NCBI RefSeq assembly: GCF_006345805.1
Contig: NC_043008.1
Location: 64,232,001-64,296,000 of the forward strand
From: Octopus sinensis
Taxonomy: Eukaryota
Reading direction: 5' to 3'
Length of the DNA: 64,000 bases
The notes beneath the pieces are model-generated. The model saw nothing but the letters and a program-made list of their open reading frames with translations. It did not search any database and had not been told where the DNA came from. Positions 39,727 through 53,631 of this stretch are shown piece by piece. The first letter of the stretch is position 1; the number at the start of each line of letters is the position of its first letter. A program made the position numbers and the translations under genes.

Positions 39727-39973
39727 TTCATCATCTTCATCACCACCACCACCACCACCATCATCATCATCAACATCATCATCATCATTATTATTTGCAT
39801 TGATTATGATTATTGTTTTTATAAATACTAAAATATATGTTCATATATATATATATATATATGTATATGTATATAGCATATATGTATATGTATGTATATG
39901 TACATATATATAATATATATATATGTATATATATATATGTATATATATATGTGTGTGTGTGTGTAGGCGCATA

Positions 39974-40028
<55 letters not shown>

Positions 40029-41120
40029 ATATAAATATATAAATATTATTGTTACTCTCATTATTATCATTATTACAATTATTATTATTATTGTTATTAT
40101 TATCTTCCTTTCTGCATCGCTTATCTTGTTTCTGTTTTGTTTTTTTTTTTGTTTTTTTTTTCAGACTTAACATCAAACAGTACTTGTTTGTAGTCGTTAT
40201 TATACCCCAACATCAATCATTACTGTGTAATCTCTTTCTGATTAAATATTTTATACAATTAAAACTCTTACAAACATATACGCTGTTTGTGCTTTCATTT
40301 GGAAGACCTCCTTTCACATCCTTCCGTATATAACAAACAAATGAATTGATAGAGAAATATAGAAATTCACGTGTTTAAATGCAAAAATATTATTCCAAAT
40401 TAAACCATCTTAGCGAATAATTTTTATCAATTTATATATGTATGCAAGTTTGAGTGTGTATATATGCATAGATAGAAATTTGTGTGTATGTGTGTAGATA
40501 TATGTATGTATGCATGTATATGTGTGGGTGTGCACATATATATACATATGCATATATATAGATGCATATATATATATATATACATATATATAGTTACACA
40601 TACACACGTGTGATGTGTGTGTGTGGAGAGAGAGAGAGAGAGAGAGGAAGAGAGATGGAGGCAAGCTGGTAGAATTGTTAGCACACCAGACAAAATTCTT
40701 AGCAACATTTCATCTGTCTTTATATCCCGAGTTCAAATTCCACCGAGGTCAGCTTTGCTTTTCATGCTTTTGGGCTCAATAAAATGAGTACCAGTTGAGC
40801 ACTGGGATTGAAGTTAGCAACTACCCCTTCTCCCAAAATCCCAGGCTTTGTGCCTATAGTATTTCTCTGTCTAACCACTTATCTATCTATATGTGTGTGT
40901 GTGTTTGTGCTTGTGTGTATAGCACTAGATTCATGAAATATGCAGGATTAATATCTGTTTAGGATTTAGATGCAAGGCCAACAATTTTGTGATGAAGGGG
41001 TTGTAGTCAAAACCATAGTCCCCAAAACTTGATTGTTACTTTATTTTCTCAACATTAAAGAGAAGACAAGAAAAACTGACATTAGCTGAATTTTAACTCA
41101 GAATGTAAAACACTGTAAAA

Positions 41121-41691
41121 TTACTCTTTTCTTCTCTAGGCACAAGGCCCTAAATTTTTTGAGAGAGGTTCAGTCAATTAGATCGACCCTAGTACACAAC
41201 TGGTACTTAATTGCTCAAACCTGAAAGGATGAATGACAAAATCGATCTCGGTGGAATTTGAACTCAAAGCTGTAAAAATATTCTTTTTTTTCTTTTTCTA
41301 CTCTAGACACAAGGCCTGAAATTTTAGGGAAGGGAGCCAGTCGATTAGATCAACCCCAATGCACAACTGGTTCTTAATTTATCGGCCCCAGAAGGATGAA
41401 ATGCAAAATTAACCTCAGTATAATTTGAACTCAGAACATAAAGAGAGACGGAATACCTATTTCTTTACTACCCACAAGGGGTAGTAAACACAGAGAGGAC
41501 AAACAAGGACAGACAAATGGATTAAGTTGATTACATCGACTCCAGTGCGTAACTGGTACTTAATTTATCGACCCTGAAAGGATGAAAGGCAAAGTCGACC
41601 TCGATGGAATTTGAACTCAGAATGTAACGGGAGATAAAATACGGCTTGCATTTCGCCCGGTGTGCTAACGATTCTGCCAGCTCGCCGCCTT
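41121..41691 (-). mobile_element. SINE family B, three tandem core units
   Basis: Core repeated three times; one head, at 41640-41691. Confidence 0.8.
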
Positions 41692-41998
41692 AAATTCTAA
41701 AAATATTTTGATGCTTTCAGTCACACACCATTTTATTTCTAACATTGCAAAAGATCAAATTGATGGTACATCAGTTTATTAAGCTCACTAAAATGATGAA
41801 ATTCAGAGTTAACTTGGTAGGATTCAAATCCAGAATTCAAAGGTACTTAACTGAATGCTGAAAATTATTTTAACCAAAACCACTCATTACTGTCCTAATA
41901 TTGATAATATGCCAAAGCTGCAAGCTGGCAGAAACGTCAGTACACCGGGCAAAATGCTTCCTGGTATTTCATATGTCTTTATTTGTGTGTGTGTGTGC

Positions 41999-42033
<35 letters not shown>

Positions 42034-43073
42034 TGTGCTTGTCCCTCCAACATTGCTTGACAACCAATGCTGGTGTTTTTATGTCCTCGTAACTTAGCGT
42101 TTCGTCAAAAAGAGACCGGTAGAATAAGTACTAGGCTTACAAAGACTAAGTCCTGGGGTCGATTTGCTCGACTAATGGTGGTGCTCCAGCATGGCCGCAG
42201 TCAAATGACTGAAACAAGTAGAAGAACAAAAGAATAAATGTAGCTAAATATTATATCGTTCATATTATTTTGAACAGTGGAACTCAAATCAGATAAAGTT
42301 ATAAATAACCCTTTCTAATACAGACAGAAAGCCTGAAATTTTTAGGGGTGATGGAGGTTAGTTAAATTACATCGATTCCAGGGTTCAACTGGTACTTATT
42401 TAATTGACCTTGAAAGGATGAAACACGAATCAAACCTCAGCAGAATTTGAATTCAGAAGAAATGCCAATAAGCATTCTGTCCAACATGGTAATTATTCTG
42501 CTAGCTCACTGCTGTATATAAAGCAATAAATAACGGTTCCAAATTTTTGGCACAAGGCCAGCAATTTCAGGATAAGAGATAAATCAATTACATTGACCCA
42601 TTGCTCAACTAGTACATATTTTATTGACCTCGAAATGATGAAAGGTAAATCGATCTAGGCAGAATTGGATCTCAGAATGTTAAAAGCCATAACAAATGGC
42701 ACAAAGTGTTTTGTCTGGCATGGTAATAATTCTGCTAGTTTGCTGACTTAGATAAAGCTATAAATACTAATGTGTAGAATATTGGTTTAAAAGAAAAAAA
42801 TTACTCTTAGATGGAAAAAATGGCAAAAGTTCTTCTGTAAACATGACAGCGCTGCTAACCATTATAACAAAGCAGCACTACAAATTTTCACTGTCCTATT
42901 AGGACCTTTGTTCTTCCTCACAAGAATCATACAAGGTTTTCATTATAAGAATTTAGAGATTTTTGGGAGACATTAAATATTAAGCAGTCTTTGACTACCT
43001 TCCGTCCATAAGAATTTTCAAGCCAATATTCTACATGCCAATTTCATCTGTCTTTACATTCTGAGTCCAAATT

Positions 43074-43279
43074 CTGAAAAGTTCCTGGCTTTAAGGGTAT
43101 CGCAAAAAGGCTGGCTGGAGGTCAACTTTCTGAGTTCTTTTACAGGGTTTAGAAAAACTGAAGGACCACTGCAATAAGTGTGTGGATCTGAGAGGGGAAT
43201 ATGTTCAATAAAACCATAATTAACTGATCCTCCTGTATCTCCTTTTACCCAAAGTCAGGAACTTTTCAGCACCCCTCCA
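43074..43279 (+). mobile_element. mariner-derived MITE, second copy
   Basis: Same TIRs as 14331; retains the transposase C-terminus QGLEKLKDHCNKCVDLRGEYVQ*. Confidence 0.85.
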
Positions 43280-43730
43280 TACAATAAATATCCGTCTAAT
43301 CTCCTTAAATCACATTCAGTCTTAAATGAAGAAATTATAAAATGCATCATGTAGGCTCACATGTTAAGAATTACTCATGACCTGAATACCTTTAATCACA
43401 TGTTTCTGCTTTATTGAACTTCATCAGTGGAGCTGTAGCCTTGCTATGATTGACTGAATTAGCAGCAAACAAATTTCTTTGTAAATTTATTCCTTTAATT
43501 CTTTTATTCTTTTTTTGCTCATCTGGAAGGGCAGCCAGCTGTAAAAATCATACCAAAGTTAACCTCGCCTGTGCTAGTGCCATGTAGAAAGCACTGAGTC
43601 CACTCTGCAGAGTGGTTGGTGTTAAGAAGGCCATCCAGCAGTAAAAGCCCTGCCAAAACACACACAGTAGCCTGGGATAGTCTTCTACCCGACTGGCTCC
43701 TGCCAACCATCCCACCTTCACATGCATGGA

Positions 43731-43779
<49 letters not shown>

Positions 43780-44237
43780 TATTCTGTCACTCTTTTTTTG
43801 CTGAACCACTAAGTTATTGGGATATAAAGAAACCAATGATTGCAGCCAGACAGTGCGAAACAAACATGAAGTTATGTACATACACATGCACAGACACACA
43901 GACACATAATTACACACACACACTAGCACACACACACACACACACAAAGTTGACCAATGATAATCTGGGGTTAAACATAATCAACCACAATAACTCGAGA
44001 AAAATTAAGTTAAGTGAAATTTATTCTTAGTAACAAATTAAATGATTCTCATAAATCTTAGGTAAGTTTTATGTTATAAAATTTACCGAACAAGTAGACA
44101 AATAAGCACAAAAATCAAGAAATTTTCTTCTACCATTCATTCTGAAATTGTTTTTATTTTATTTCAGTCATTTGTTTATCTGTTGATTAAGTGAAAATAC
44201 AGTTTCCACTAGGTTTTGTTTTTGTTTTCTCATACAG

Positions 44238-44319
44238 TAGAATTACTGAGAAATGACCTTATGATTAGTAAATTGCTACAGAATAATGAAATATATTTTC
44301 ACAAAACTATTTTGATAGG
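44238..44319 (+). CDS. candidate internal coding exon (ELLRNDLMISKLLQNNEIYFHKTILI), product unknown
   Basis: Acceptor GTTTTGTTTTTGTTTTCTCATACAG, donor GG|GTAACT; open frame that splices in phase to 44422-44460. Confidence 0.3.
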
Positions 44320-44421
44320 GTAACTTGTCTGTTTAATTTCTCTCGAAATATTACTAGAAATGAAATAATCAATAGATTTTTTTCCCCCTCTCTTTATTTT
44401 GCTTTTATGTTGTCAATATAG

Positions 44422-44460
44422 TTCATATATCTACACATTAAATTGCAAAGCAACATCAAG
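44422..44460 (+). CDS. candidate 39-nt coding exon (GSYIYTLNCKATS), product unknown
   Basis: Long polypyrimidine acceptor ending ATATAG, donor AAG|GTAATT; phase-compatible across a 102-nt intron. Confidence 0.3.
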
Positions 44461-44856
44461 GTAATTATTTGATAGTTCATCTGTTATTTTCTATTAACTA
44501 GATTCTCCATTTTCATATAAGATGACAAAATAGATTGATATAATTCTGTTGAACTTTGAGATAAAGGCCCTGAAGAATATGAACACTTTTAAAATTAAAT
44601 TTAGTTTCTATGAACTTTTTGCCACATCTATTCTTGTGGTATTCATTTTAAGTGAAAATTAAATATAAATTAAATATAGGTGCAGGCATGGCTGTGTGAT
44701 AAGATGCTTGCTTTCCAATTACATGGTTCTGGGTTCAGTCCCACTGTGTGGCACCTTAGATAAGTGCAGGGCTGATCAAAGCATTATGAGTAAATTTGGT
44801 AGATGGAAACTGAAAGAAACTGAAGATATGTATATATGTATATATATATATATATA

Positions 44857-45110
44857 CTTTATTTAAAAGCAGCAGTAATATAACAAAAGCTGTTACTCGG
44901 AATTTCACGTTTCCGTTCGACGGACAGTTTAAAAAAAAATTTTTTTTTTTTTTAACAAAACTGTCCAACGAACGGGGACGAATGGGAACATGAAACTCCA
45001 AGTAACAGCTTTTGTTATATTTCTGCTGCTCTTAAATAAAGCATATTACTCTACCTCTAGTATCTGAGTACTCTATTTTCCACCTTGTTTCACATTTATG
45101 TGCTTACTCC
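44857..45110. mobile_element. palindromic pair of HHR-bearing repeat ends (family 3)
   Basis: 44857-44930 and 44957-45041 are inverted arms; each has CUGU CC(G/A)NCGA [stem II] GAAA(C/U) uccPua GUA ACAG; (TA)n on both sides. Confidence 0.65.
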
Positions 45111-45554
45111 TATATATATATACACACACACAAGGGTTAAAGAATGGAGTAGGTAAGATCCAGGCTGCATATGTTTCCTAGCAAGCAGAACCTTGGAAGT
45201 GGCAAATATCTAAGCAAGGTGTATACTGCAGGCTACTCGTCAGGTTAAGAGTATCTTGATTAAATGAATGTTTATATTGTTGCAAGGAGGTACATGTTAA
45301 GACATGGAAGATTTTATCAGAATGTGTGGAGAGCATGGTAAATGTTGTGAAGAATATAAATGTGGAGAGAAATTTGTAATATAAGAAAGAAAGTAGAAAA
45401 GAAAAGAAAGAATAAAGATATAAGGAAGTGGGAGAGTTAAGGAATTAAAGCAAGGACATTTGATCAGTAGTTTTCAATAGGGTGCCCCAGCATGGCTGCG
45501 GCCTTCGGGCTAAAACATTTTTAAGGATTTAAGGATTTAAGGGTTACTTACATT

Positions 45555-46189
45555 TATATTAATATGCTGTCTTGACTATTAATTCAGCCAGGAAGGAAAA
45601 CCAATGGGCCGGCAAATTTCCAAGATATAGCCCCCACCCCAGATCATCACAGATCCAGCTCTGTGCAGCTCCTGATGAACAGTTTTTGTGGAAACTGGGT
45701 GCTCGAGGTGGTCATTAAGCTCTGCACCAATTTTGGGAGCTGTACTTTTGTGATCCTTTCTAACAAAGTGTGTAAGAGTCTGACAGTCCTTATCTGAAAG
45801 TTTTGGTTTCCTTCCAGAGTTTAGTTTCGACGAGGAGGTTTTCCCTCTTTCTCAAAGGCTGTCATTATTTTCAAGACAGTACTTCTTAATACACCAAACA
45901 TTTTGCCTGTTTTCATTACTCTAGTGCCTGCCATACAAGCACCAACAATTTCACCTCCTTGAAAGTCTGAAAGATCTGTCATTTTAATGAATTTTAATGA
46001 ATTTTAATTACCTTTTACTGATGATATCTGAAAAGAAAAAGCAATTTTAGCAAAACATATTAAGCAACACTAATAATAAATCAAAAAGCAAAAATAAATG
46101 AGCTTTTGACGGTTTTATAGATATTTCAAAATTATGATGCTAGGTGTTCCCATTATTTTGTCCAACCCCTTGTGTGTATATATATATAT

Positions 46190-46190
<1 letters not shown>
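45555..46190 (-). pseudogene. Tc1-like transposon, internally deleted, one TIR
   Basis: MTDLSDFQGGEIVGA..RSTV.KIMTAFEKEGK..SGRKPKLSD..PVSTKTV..ELHRAG joined to SVMIWG (with frameshifts); TIR-like CAAGGGGTTGGACAAAATAATGGGAACACC at ~46165-46192. Confidence 0.85.
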
Positions 46191-46227
<37 letters not shown>

Positions 46228-46649
46228 TGTATGTATGTATGTATCTATGTATGTATGTATATTCTCCATGTTTCTCAAGTATATTGAAATTTTGCCTCTC
46301 AGGATGAAGCTGCTTTAGATGACAACCTGCAGAGCTTTACATTAACTGCATCTTCTTTCCTCTTGTAGCCATTCATGAGAGTACTGCAACAGAACTAATT
46401 TGGAATAACACTTTTAATGCATTACCTTATCAACTGAATGTACAAGTAACACAGAAACTACATCTTACATTTTCTCTCTTACAGACTGACATTCATCTGT
46501 AAGAGATGATGGGACTCATCATCATCATCATCATCATTGTCATTTAACATCTGTTTCTCATGCTGGCATGGGTTGGACGTTTTGACAGAAGTTGGCTAGC
46601 CACAGGCTGAGCTAAGCATAAGCAGGCACATGCATGTGTCTGTGTGTGT

Positions 46650-46975
46650 GTATAACTGACTGGCACACCATCACTTATGGCAATGAGAGTTCCAGTTGAT
46701 CTGATCAACAGAACAGCTTGCTCGTGAAATTACTGTGTAAATGGTTGAGCGCTCCACAGATACATGTACCCTTAATGTAGTTTTCAGAGAGATTCAGCAT
46801 GACACAGAATGTAAGAAGACTGACTTTTTAAAACACAGGTACAACTCATTTTTGTCAGCTGAGTGAACTGGAGCAATGTGAAATAGAGTGTCTTGCTCAA
46901 AGACACAATGTGTCACTGGGAATTGAACTTGCAACCTTGCTATTATGAGCCAAATACCCAAACCACTAACCCATA
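46650..46975 (-). mobile_element. SINE family C
   Basis: Reverse complement of the family C head and body. Confidence 0.7.
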
Positions 46976-47234
46976 CTTATACATACATACATATATATAT
47001 CTGTTATATATACAAAAATACTGCAGAGTAGATAATACAGGGGACAACTAACAAAGGGATTGTTCTTTATGTTGCCTGTCACATTTCACTATTTGTTTCT
47101 TTCGTTGTTCGGAAAAAAAGTTTGTTTACCAGGTTTTTGTTTTTTCATGTTCTCGTTTTTTGACATCCTGTACCCATATATGCATGTGTATATACATATA
47201 TATGTAGGTATGTACATGTATGTATGTATGTATA

Positions 47235-47636
47235 GGTGTAGGAGTGGCTGTGTGTTAAGTAGCTTGGTTACCAATCACATGGTTCTGGTTTCAGTCCCAC
47301 TGTGTGGCACCTTGGGCAAGTATCTTCTACTATAGTGTTGGGCCAACCAAAGCCTTGTGAGTGGATTTGGTAGATGGAAACTGAAAGAAGCTCATCATAT
47401 ATATGTATATATACATATGTACGTGTGTGCATATTTTTGTGTGTCCGTGTTTGTTCCCCCAACATCGCTTGACAACTGATGCTGGTGTGTTTATGTCCTA
47501 TTCACATAGCAGTTCAGCAAATGAGTCCGATAGAATAAGTACTAGGCTTACAAAGAATAAGTCCTGGGGTCAATTTGCTCGACTAAAGGTGGTGCTCCAG
47601 CATGGCCACAGTCAAATTACTGAAACAAGTAAAAGT
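47235..47636 (+). mobile_element. SINE family A, full length
   Basis: Complete head-to-tail match. Confidence 0.9.
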
Positions 47637-47637
47637 G

Positions 47638-47682
<45 letters not shown>

Positions 47683-49142
47683 ATTATTTATATTATCATA
47701 CATCTATGCATATATGCATACATATATATTAAAAAATATATAAGTATATATGTTTGCATGTCTTTGTTTCTGTTTCTTCCATCGTGACTATTGCTTGGAA
47801 AATGGTGTTGGTTTGTTTATGTCCCCAAGACATAGCTTATTGGCAAAAGCAACTGAGAGAATAAGTACTGGAGGTGTGATTTGATTGACTGAATCTTTAA
47901 AGACTACCATGGCATAGCCACAGTCCATCGAATGAAAAAGTATAAGAGTAAGAGGCTAGAAAGAAATATGGCTTGTGTTTCTATTTCTCGTTAAGTCATA
48001 CAACTAAATTTGCACCTTTCCTCTTCTTCTCTTCCTCACATTAATTTGGTAATCACTGTTCATTTCGTAAGGAACAAAAAACGAGTTGATTTGTTCTTGA
48101 ATTCAATCTAGACATGTTGGTTCCATTAAACTAAAAATTATTCATATTGAAATATTTTATTGGAAACCTGTCATTCAAACAATTCTCTAACGTATTAAAT
48201 TAAGAGCAAGATTTTCAATAGAGAAAATTCACAAATTACATAATAAATTACCCCAGTTTAAACAGTTATTTTTCAACAAGAAGTTCATTCACAAAATATT
48301 ACTAGAGTTTGTTAGTCTTTCATTTTTTTTCAAGTTCCATTTCATAAATAATTACTTCATATGAATTTTAATAATTTATGTTTTCATTAGAGTATTTTGT
48401 ATTCATTTATTTTCTATTTCACTTGAAGATATAATGTTTTATATGTTATTTTTTAAACATTTATTTATTATTTTTTTGTTAACTTTGTAACCATGAACTG
48501 TATTAAAAGCATTTGAAATTCCAATAAACCATGAAAATTATTTTTGGTATCATCTATCAAAATATTTCAAAATAATGAATGAAATGACATCCATTTGACA
48601 AGGTCATGGTAACATGATTTAAAAAAGGCAAACGAATAACTACTTTGAAAAATACATATTAATAGTTTTTTTTATGAATAAAAGCTATGAATAAAAGCTA
48701 TATATTGAAATACACTGTTTAAGCAAAGACATGACATTTCATAACCAACAAAGATGAAGATACACACACTCATGTGCGTCTGTGTGTGTGTGTATGTGTG
48801 TGTGTGTGTGTATCATGTACTGTTCCATGATAGAAAATTCTACAAAAAAAAAAGGACTCCATCTGGTAAGAGATAAATATCATTTATTTAAAGGGCACAA
48901 TACATGTATTTAAGCACTACTAGTAGTTTCATATGTTCAGATATATATATATATATGTATGTATATATGTGTGTGTGTGTGTATACACATATATATTGCT
49001 TAGGGATTGCATGGGACATTCAATTACAAGCCTGCTGGATCTTAGAGCAGAAACAGCTGTAAGCTAATGAAGTCCATAGGATAATCATTTTTTCCTTAGT
49101 CATCTCATTTTCTTATATATACATATATATATACATATATAT

Positions 49143-49410
49143 ATCATCATCATCATCATCATCATCGTTTAACGTCCGTTTTCCACGCTAGCACAGGTTG
49201 GACAGTTCGACCGGGGTCTGGGAAGCCAGGGCTGCACCAGGCTCCAGTCTGATCTGGCAGTGTTTCTACAGCTGGATGCCCTTCCTAACGCCAACCACTC
49301 CGCGAGTGTAGTGGGTGCTTTTTATGTGCCACCTGAACAGGTGCCAGGGGGGTCTGGCATCGGCCACAATCGGTTGGTGCTTTTAACATGCCACTGGCAC
49401 GGAAGCCAGC
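49143..49410 (-). mobile_element. RTE 3'-UTR-derived repeat (family D)
   Basis: (CAT)n tail then CGTTTAACGTCCGTTTTCCA, matching 36900-37150. Confidence 0.8.
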
Positions 49411-50075
49411 TGATGTATATATATCACTTTGTTAGTGTATTTTTTTTAACCCAAGTTTAATAGCTGATACACTACAGTTACACCTGAGAATCCACATAGT
49501 ATGGAGGAACATCATGATAACCCTAGAAAACAGGGAAAGAATGGTTACATAAACAAATGAAGTAGTTGCATTAGGAACAGCATCTAGCCATAGAAACCAT
49601 ATCAAATTAGTGACAGCTCTGTTCATGACAAGTGGTATTTCAATACCCTTCTGAATTTCATTTATATTATATAAATGTATATACCTATATGTCTGTGCCT
49701 TTTTGTTTGTGTTTGTCCCCCACCATTACTGCTTGACAACCAGTGTTGGTGTGTTTATGTCCATGTAACTTAGTGGTTCAGCAAAAGAGACTGATACAAT
49801 AAGTACTAGGCTTTAAAAAAAATATTAAGTCCTTGGGTCGATTTGTTTGACTAAAACCCTTCAGGGTGGTGTTCCAGCCTGACTGTAGTCAAGTGATTGA
49901 AATAAGTAGAAAAATAAAAGAATACAGTATTAACTTACAGCACCATTGAATTGAGTTAAATGTTATTTTTTTATATATTAAAAAATGGCTGCAACCACTT
50001 CAATATTTTTGAGGGTTAATTTACCAATGGGCCATTCTTTTTTGATGGTACTGTAACTGGTTTCATTTACTTGAA

Positions 50076-50306
50076 AGGCGGCGAGCTGGCAGAAACGTTA
50101 GCACGCCAGGCGAAATGCTTAGCGGTATTTCATCTGCGTTATGTTGTGAGTTCAAATTCCGCCGAGGTCGACTTTGCCTTTCATCCTTTCGGGGTTGATA
50201 AATTAAGTACCAGTTACGCACTGGGGTCGATGTAATCGACTTAATACCTATGTCTGTCCTTGTTTGTCCCCTCTGTGTTTAGCCCCTTGTGGGTAATAAA
50301 GAAATA
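50076..50306 (+). mobile_element. SINE family B, young, with TSD
   Basis: 17-bp TSD GGTTTCATTTACTTGAA at 50059-50075 and 50307-50323. Confidence 0.92.
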
Positions 50307-50988
50307 GGTTTCATTTACTTGAAGTTGCTGTGACAATGGATCATGCCAAACATTCAAGAGGACTTTGAAGATGTGGAGTTTAATATAATTCTAGAAGTAA
50401 CAATGTCCATTTTGAGGATATTTCTCTGATTTGTATGAAATATTAAAAAAAAATTTCTGTGCTTCATAGCCCTATATATGAAATAATCTGCATTTGAGAT
50501 TTGATGTTTGTATTTCCTAGCATGGAAAATGAACATAATGTGATGATGAGGATAATGATGATGCTGCTGATAATGATGGAGATGATGACTTGTAAGAATA
50601 AGGAGGCATAGATGTAACAGACATATTGTATTAATGCTTTACTCCTGCTTTTTGTCTGTTAATTTTCAGGTGGTGTTTAAGGTTTTAACATTGTTGACAC
50701 CGCTGGATTCAATGGTACTTCTCAGGAGTTGAAACCATAAAGATATTCATTTGGCTGCTGATGATGTACATAAAAGTTTAATGTGCCTTTTCATTGGGAA
50801 ACATTTGTATTTTGTTTTCTTGTGGCTTTTTATTGAACTTCAAATTCATGATTGAACTTGTTTAGGAATTCTTGGGTTCATAGTTGAATTTGTTTAGGAT
50901 TCTTGGTTTATAGCAGTTTTTGTTTGTTTGTTTATAGAATACAATATATCAATATTGTATGATTATCTTTCATAAGAACTCTAGTTCT

Positions 50989-51404
50989 TATTTCTTTACT
51001 GCCCACAAGGGGCTACACACAGAGGGAACAAACAAGGACAGTCAAATGGATTAAGTCGATTATATCGACCCCAGTGCATAACTGGTACTTATTTAATCGA
51101 CCCCAAAAGGATGAAAGGCAAATTTGACCTTGATGAAATTTGAACTCAGTATGTAGTGGCAAACGAAATACCTATTTCTTTACTACCCACAAGGGGCTAA
51201 ACACAGAGGGGACAAACATAGATAGACAAACGGATTAAGTCAATTATATCAACTCCAGTGCATAACTGGTACTTAATTTATCGACCCCGAATGGATGAAA
51301 GGCAAAGTCGTCCTTGGAAGTATTTGAACTCAGAACGTAACGGCAGACGAAATATGGCTACGCATTTTGCCCGGCGTGCAAACGTTTCAGCCAGCTCGCC
51401 ACCT
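50989..51404 (-). mobile_element. SINE family B dimer
   Basis: Two cores; degenerate 16-bp TSD TAAGAAC(T/C)CTA(G/A)TTCT. Confidence 0.85.
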
Positions 51405-51764
51405 TAAGAACCCTAATTCTGATAAGGGTAATACTTGTTGAAAGTGTATGGAAGTTTTTGCATATATTAGTGCTGAAGCAAAATTGTTGTCATGGCCATT
51501 GTCAGTGTCAGTAAATGGCACGCATGCCGGTAGCATTTAAAAAGCAACCAATTCCACTCTTGAAGTGGTTGCATTAGGAAGGGCATCCAGCCACAGAAAC
51601 CATGCCAAATCAGACTGGAACCTGGTGCTGCTCTCCAGCTTACCAGTCAAACTGTCTAACCCATGCCAGCATGGAAAGTAGATGTTAAATGACCATAATG
51701 ATAATGATGATATTCATATTCTAATCTGCTTTAAAAACTGGAGTGTGTGTGTATGTGTGTATGT

Positions 51765-51979
51765 ATTCTTTTACTTGTTTCAGTCATTTGACTGCAGCCA
51801 GGCTGGAGCACCATCTTTAGTTGAATCAAATCTACCCCAGGACTTATTCTTTGTAAGCCTAGTTCTTATTCTATCGGCATCTTTTGTTAAATCGCTAAGT
51901 TATGGGTACCTAAACACACTAGCATCGGTTGTCAAGCGATGTTGGTGGGGTGGACAAACACAGACACACAAACATATAC

Positions 51980-52060
<81 letters not shown>

Positions 52061-52205
52061 ATACGGCAAATACACTCACAAGGCTTCGGTTGACCTGAGG
52101 CTATTGTAGAAGGCAGTTGCCCAAGGTGCCACACAGTGGCACTGAACTCGGAACAATGTGGTTGGTAAGCAAGCTACTTACCAACATACAGCCACTCCTA
52201 TGCCT
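51765..52205 (-). mobile_element. SINE family A
   Basis: Head-to-tail match with an expanded internal (TA)n. Confidence 0.85.
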
Positions 52206-53318
52206 ACGTGTGTCTGTGTGTCTGTCTTTGTATCTGTGTTTGTCCCCCCCCCCAACCACTTGACAACCGGTTTCAGTTTCTTTATGTTCCCATAACTTAG
52301 AAGTTCAGCAAAATAGACAAAAAGAATGAGTACCAAGCTTAAAACAAATATAAGTATTAGGGTCGATATATTTTACTAAACGTTCTTCAAAATGGTGCTC
52401 CAGCATGGCCACAGTCTGATGACTGTGATAGATAAAATTTTTTTTTAAACAAGGCTGAAAATTGCTTTTCTTGATTGAACTTTTCATTAGTGCTGTTGAT
52501 CTTTTTGTTGTTGTTGTTTACATTGTAGGAGTTATTTGAAATGATTAAAATCTTTTTTCTCTCACTATATTAAATATGACACTTCACACATTCCTATACA
52601 TTTAAACTCTTTGTTTACACAAGGTTATATCACCAAACAAGATGGCTACCCAGTTGTTTATAAAGTTTTGGAATAGTCTCCATTCTAAATTATAAAGCTT
52701 ACAGTTTTTCTTTCATTACTGTAAATTATACCTTTGAATTTCTTTACTCTGTGAATTCTTTATAGGAAAAAAGAAAAATATTTTTATTTTCCAGCAAGAA
52801 TACACATGTGAAAAAAAGAATATGAATTATTCTAAAATCTCTTGATAAAGCTACATAAAGATTTGCAAAAATTACATTTTCAATATATAATATTACAACA
52901 TCTGAACATGAATTTTAAAGAAAGGAAAACTTATAAATAGTAGGTGTTGACGAAAGAAATGCATTCTTTTTTATTTTCTTAGCAATAAAAAAGAACTTAG
53001 TTTGTATAAATTTTTCTGTGGTTTCATAACTCACACATCTTGATCAGAAATTTTTGCTTTGCCAGAATGTACAAAACTTATTTCTTAAGTAGAAATTTAA
53101 AATATAAAGGAATGCAAACAAGTCATTAAGAATTGGAACTTTAATTTTATATATTTACTTTTTTGACATCACAATTGGTGAACAATAACATTTTTGGTTA
53201 GAAGTTTCTAATGAGGCATTCACTGGTTCACTTACTTTGAACATAGTTAGTTTCTGTAACTTGATGTAGAATAAATATAACAAACGTCTTCATTTTCAAA
53301 TGCATCCATCACAGTCGT

Positions 53319-53550
53319 GGTCAGCGAGCTGGCAGACACGTTAGCACGCCGGGCGAAATGCTTAGCGGTATTTCGTCTGTCGCTACGTTGTGAGTTCAAA
53401 TTCCGCTGAGGTCGACTTTGCCTTTCATCCTTTCGGGGTCGATAAATTAAGTACCAGTTACGCACTGGGGTCGATGTAATCGACTTAATACCTATGTCTG
53501 TCCTTGTTTGTCCCCTCTGTGTTTAGCCCCTTGTGGGTAATAAAGAAATA
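53319..53550 (+). mobile_element. SINE family B, young
   Basis: Nearly identical to 50076-50306. Confidence 0.9.
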
Positions 53551-53631
53551 GGTAAATTTTAAAATTGATATCATTATTTTAAACTAAATTATATTATTTT
53601 AAACAAATCTGAGAGGTAGCAGATAGCTTCT

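Noticed and set aside
45668-45705. CUGAUGA..GAAAC motif
   Set aside because: Lies antisense to Tc1 coding sequence; no valid stem I or cleavage triplet
46011-46026. 16-nt minus-strand microexon with strong splice sites
   Set aside because: Lies within the Tc1 element 5' region, so it is not evidence for a host gene
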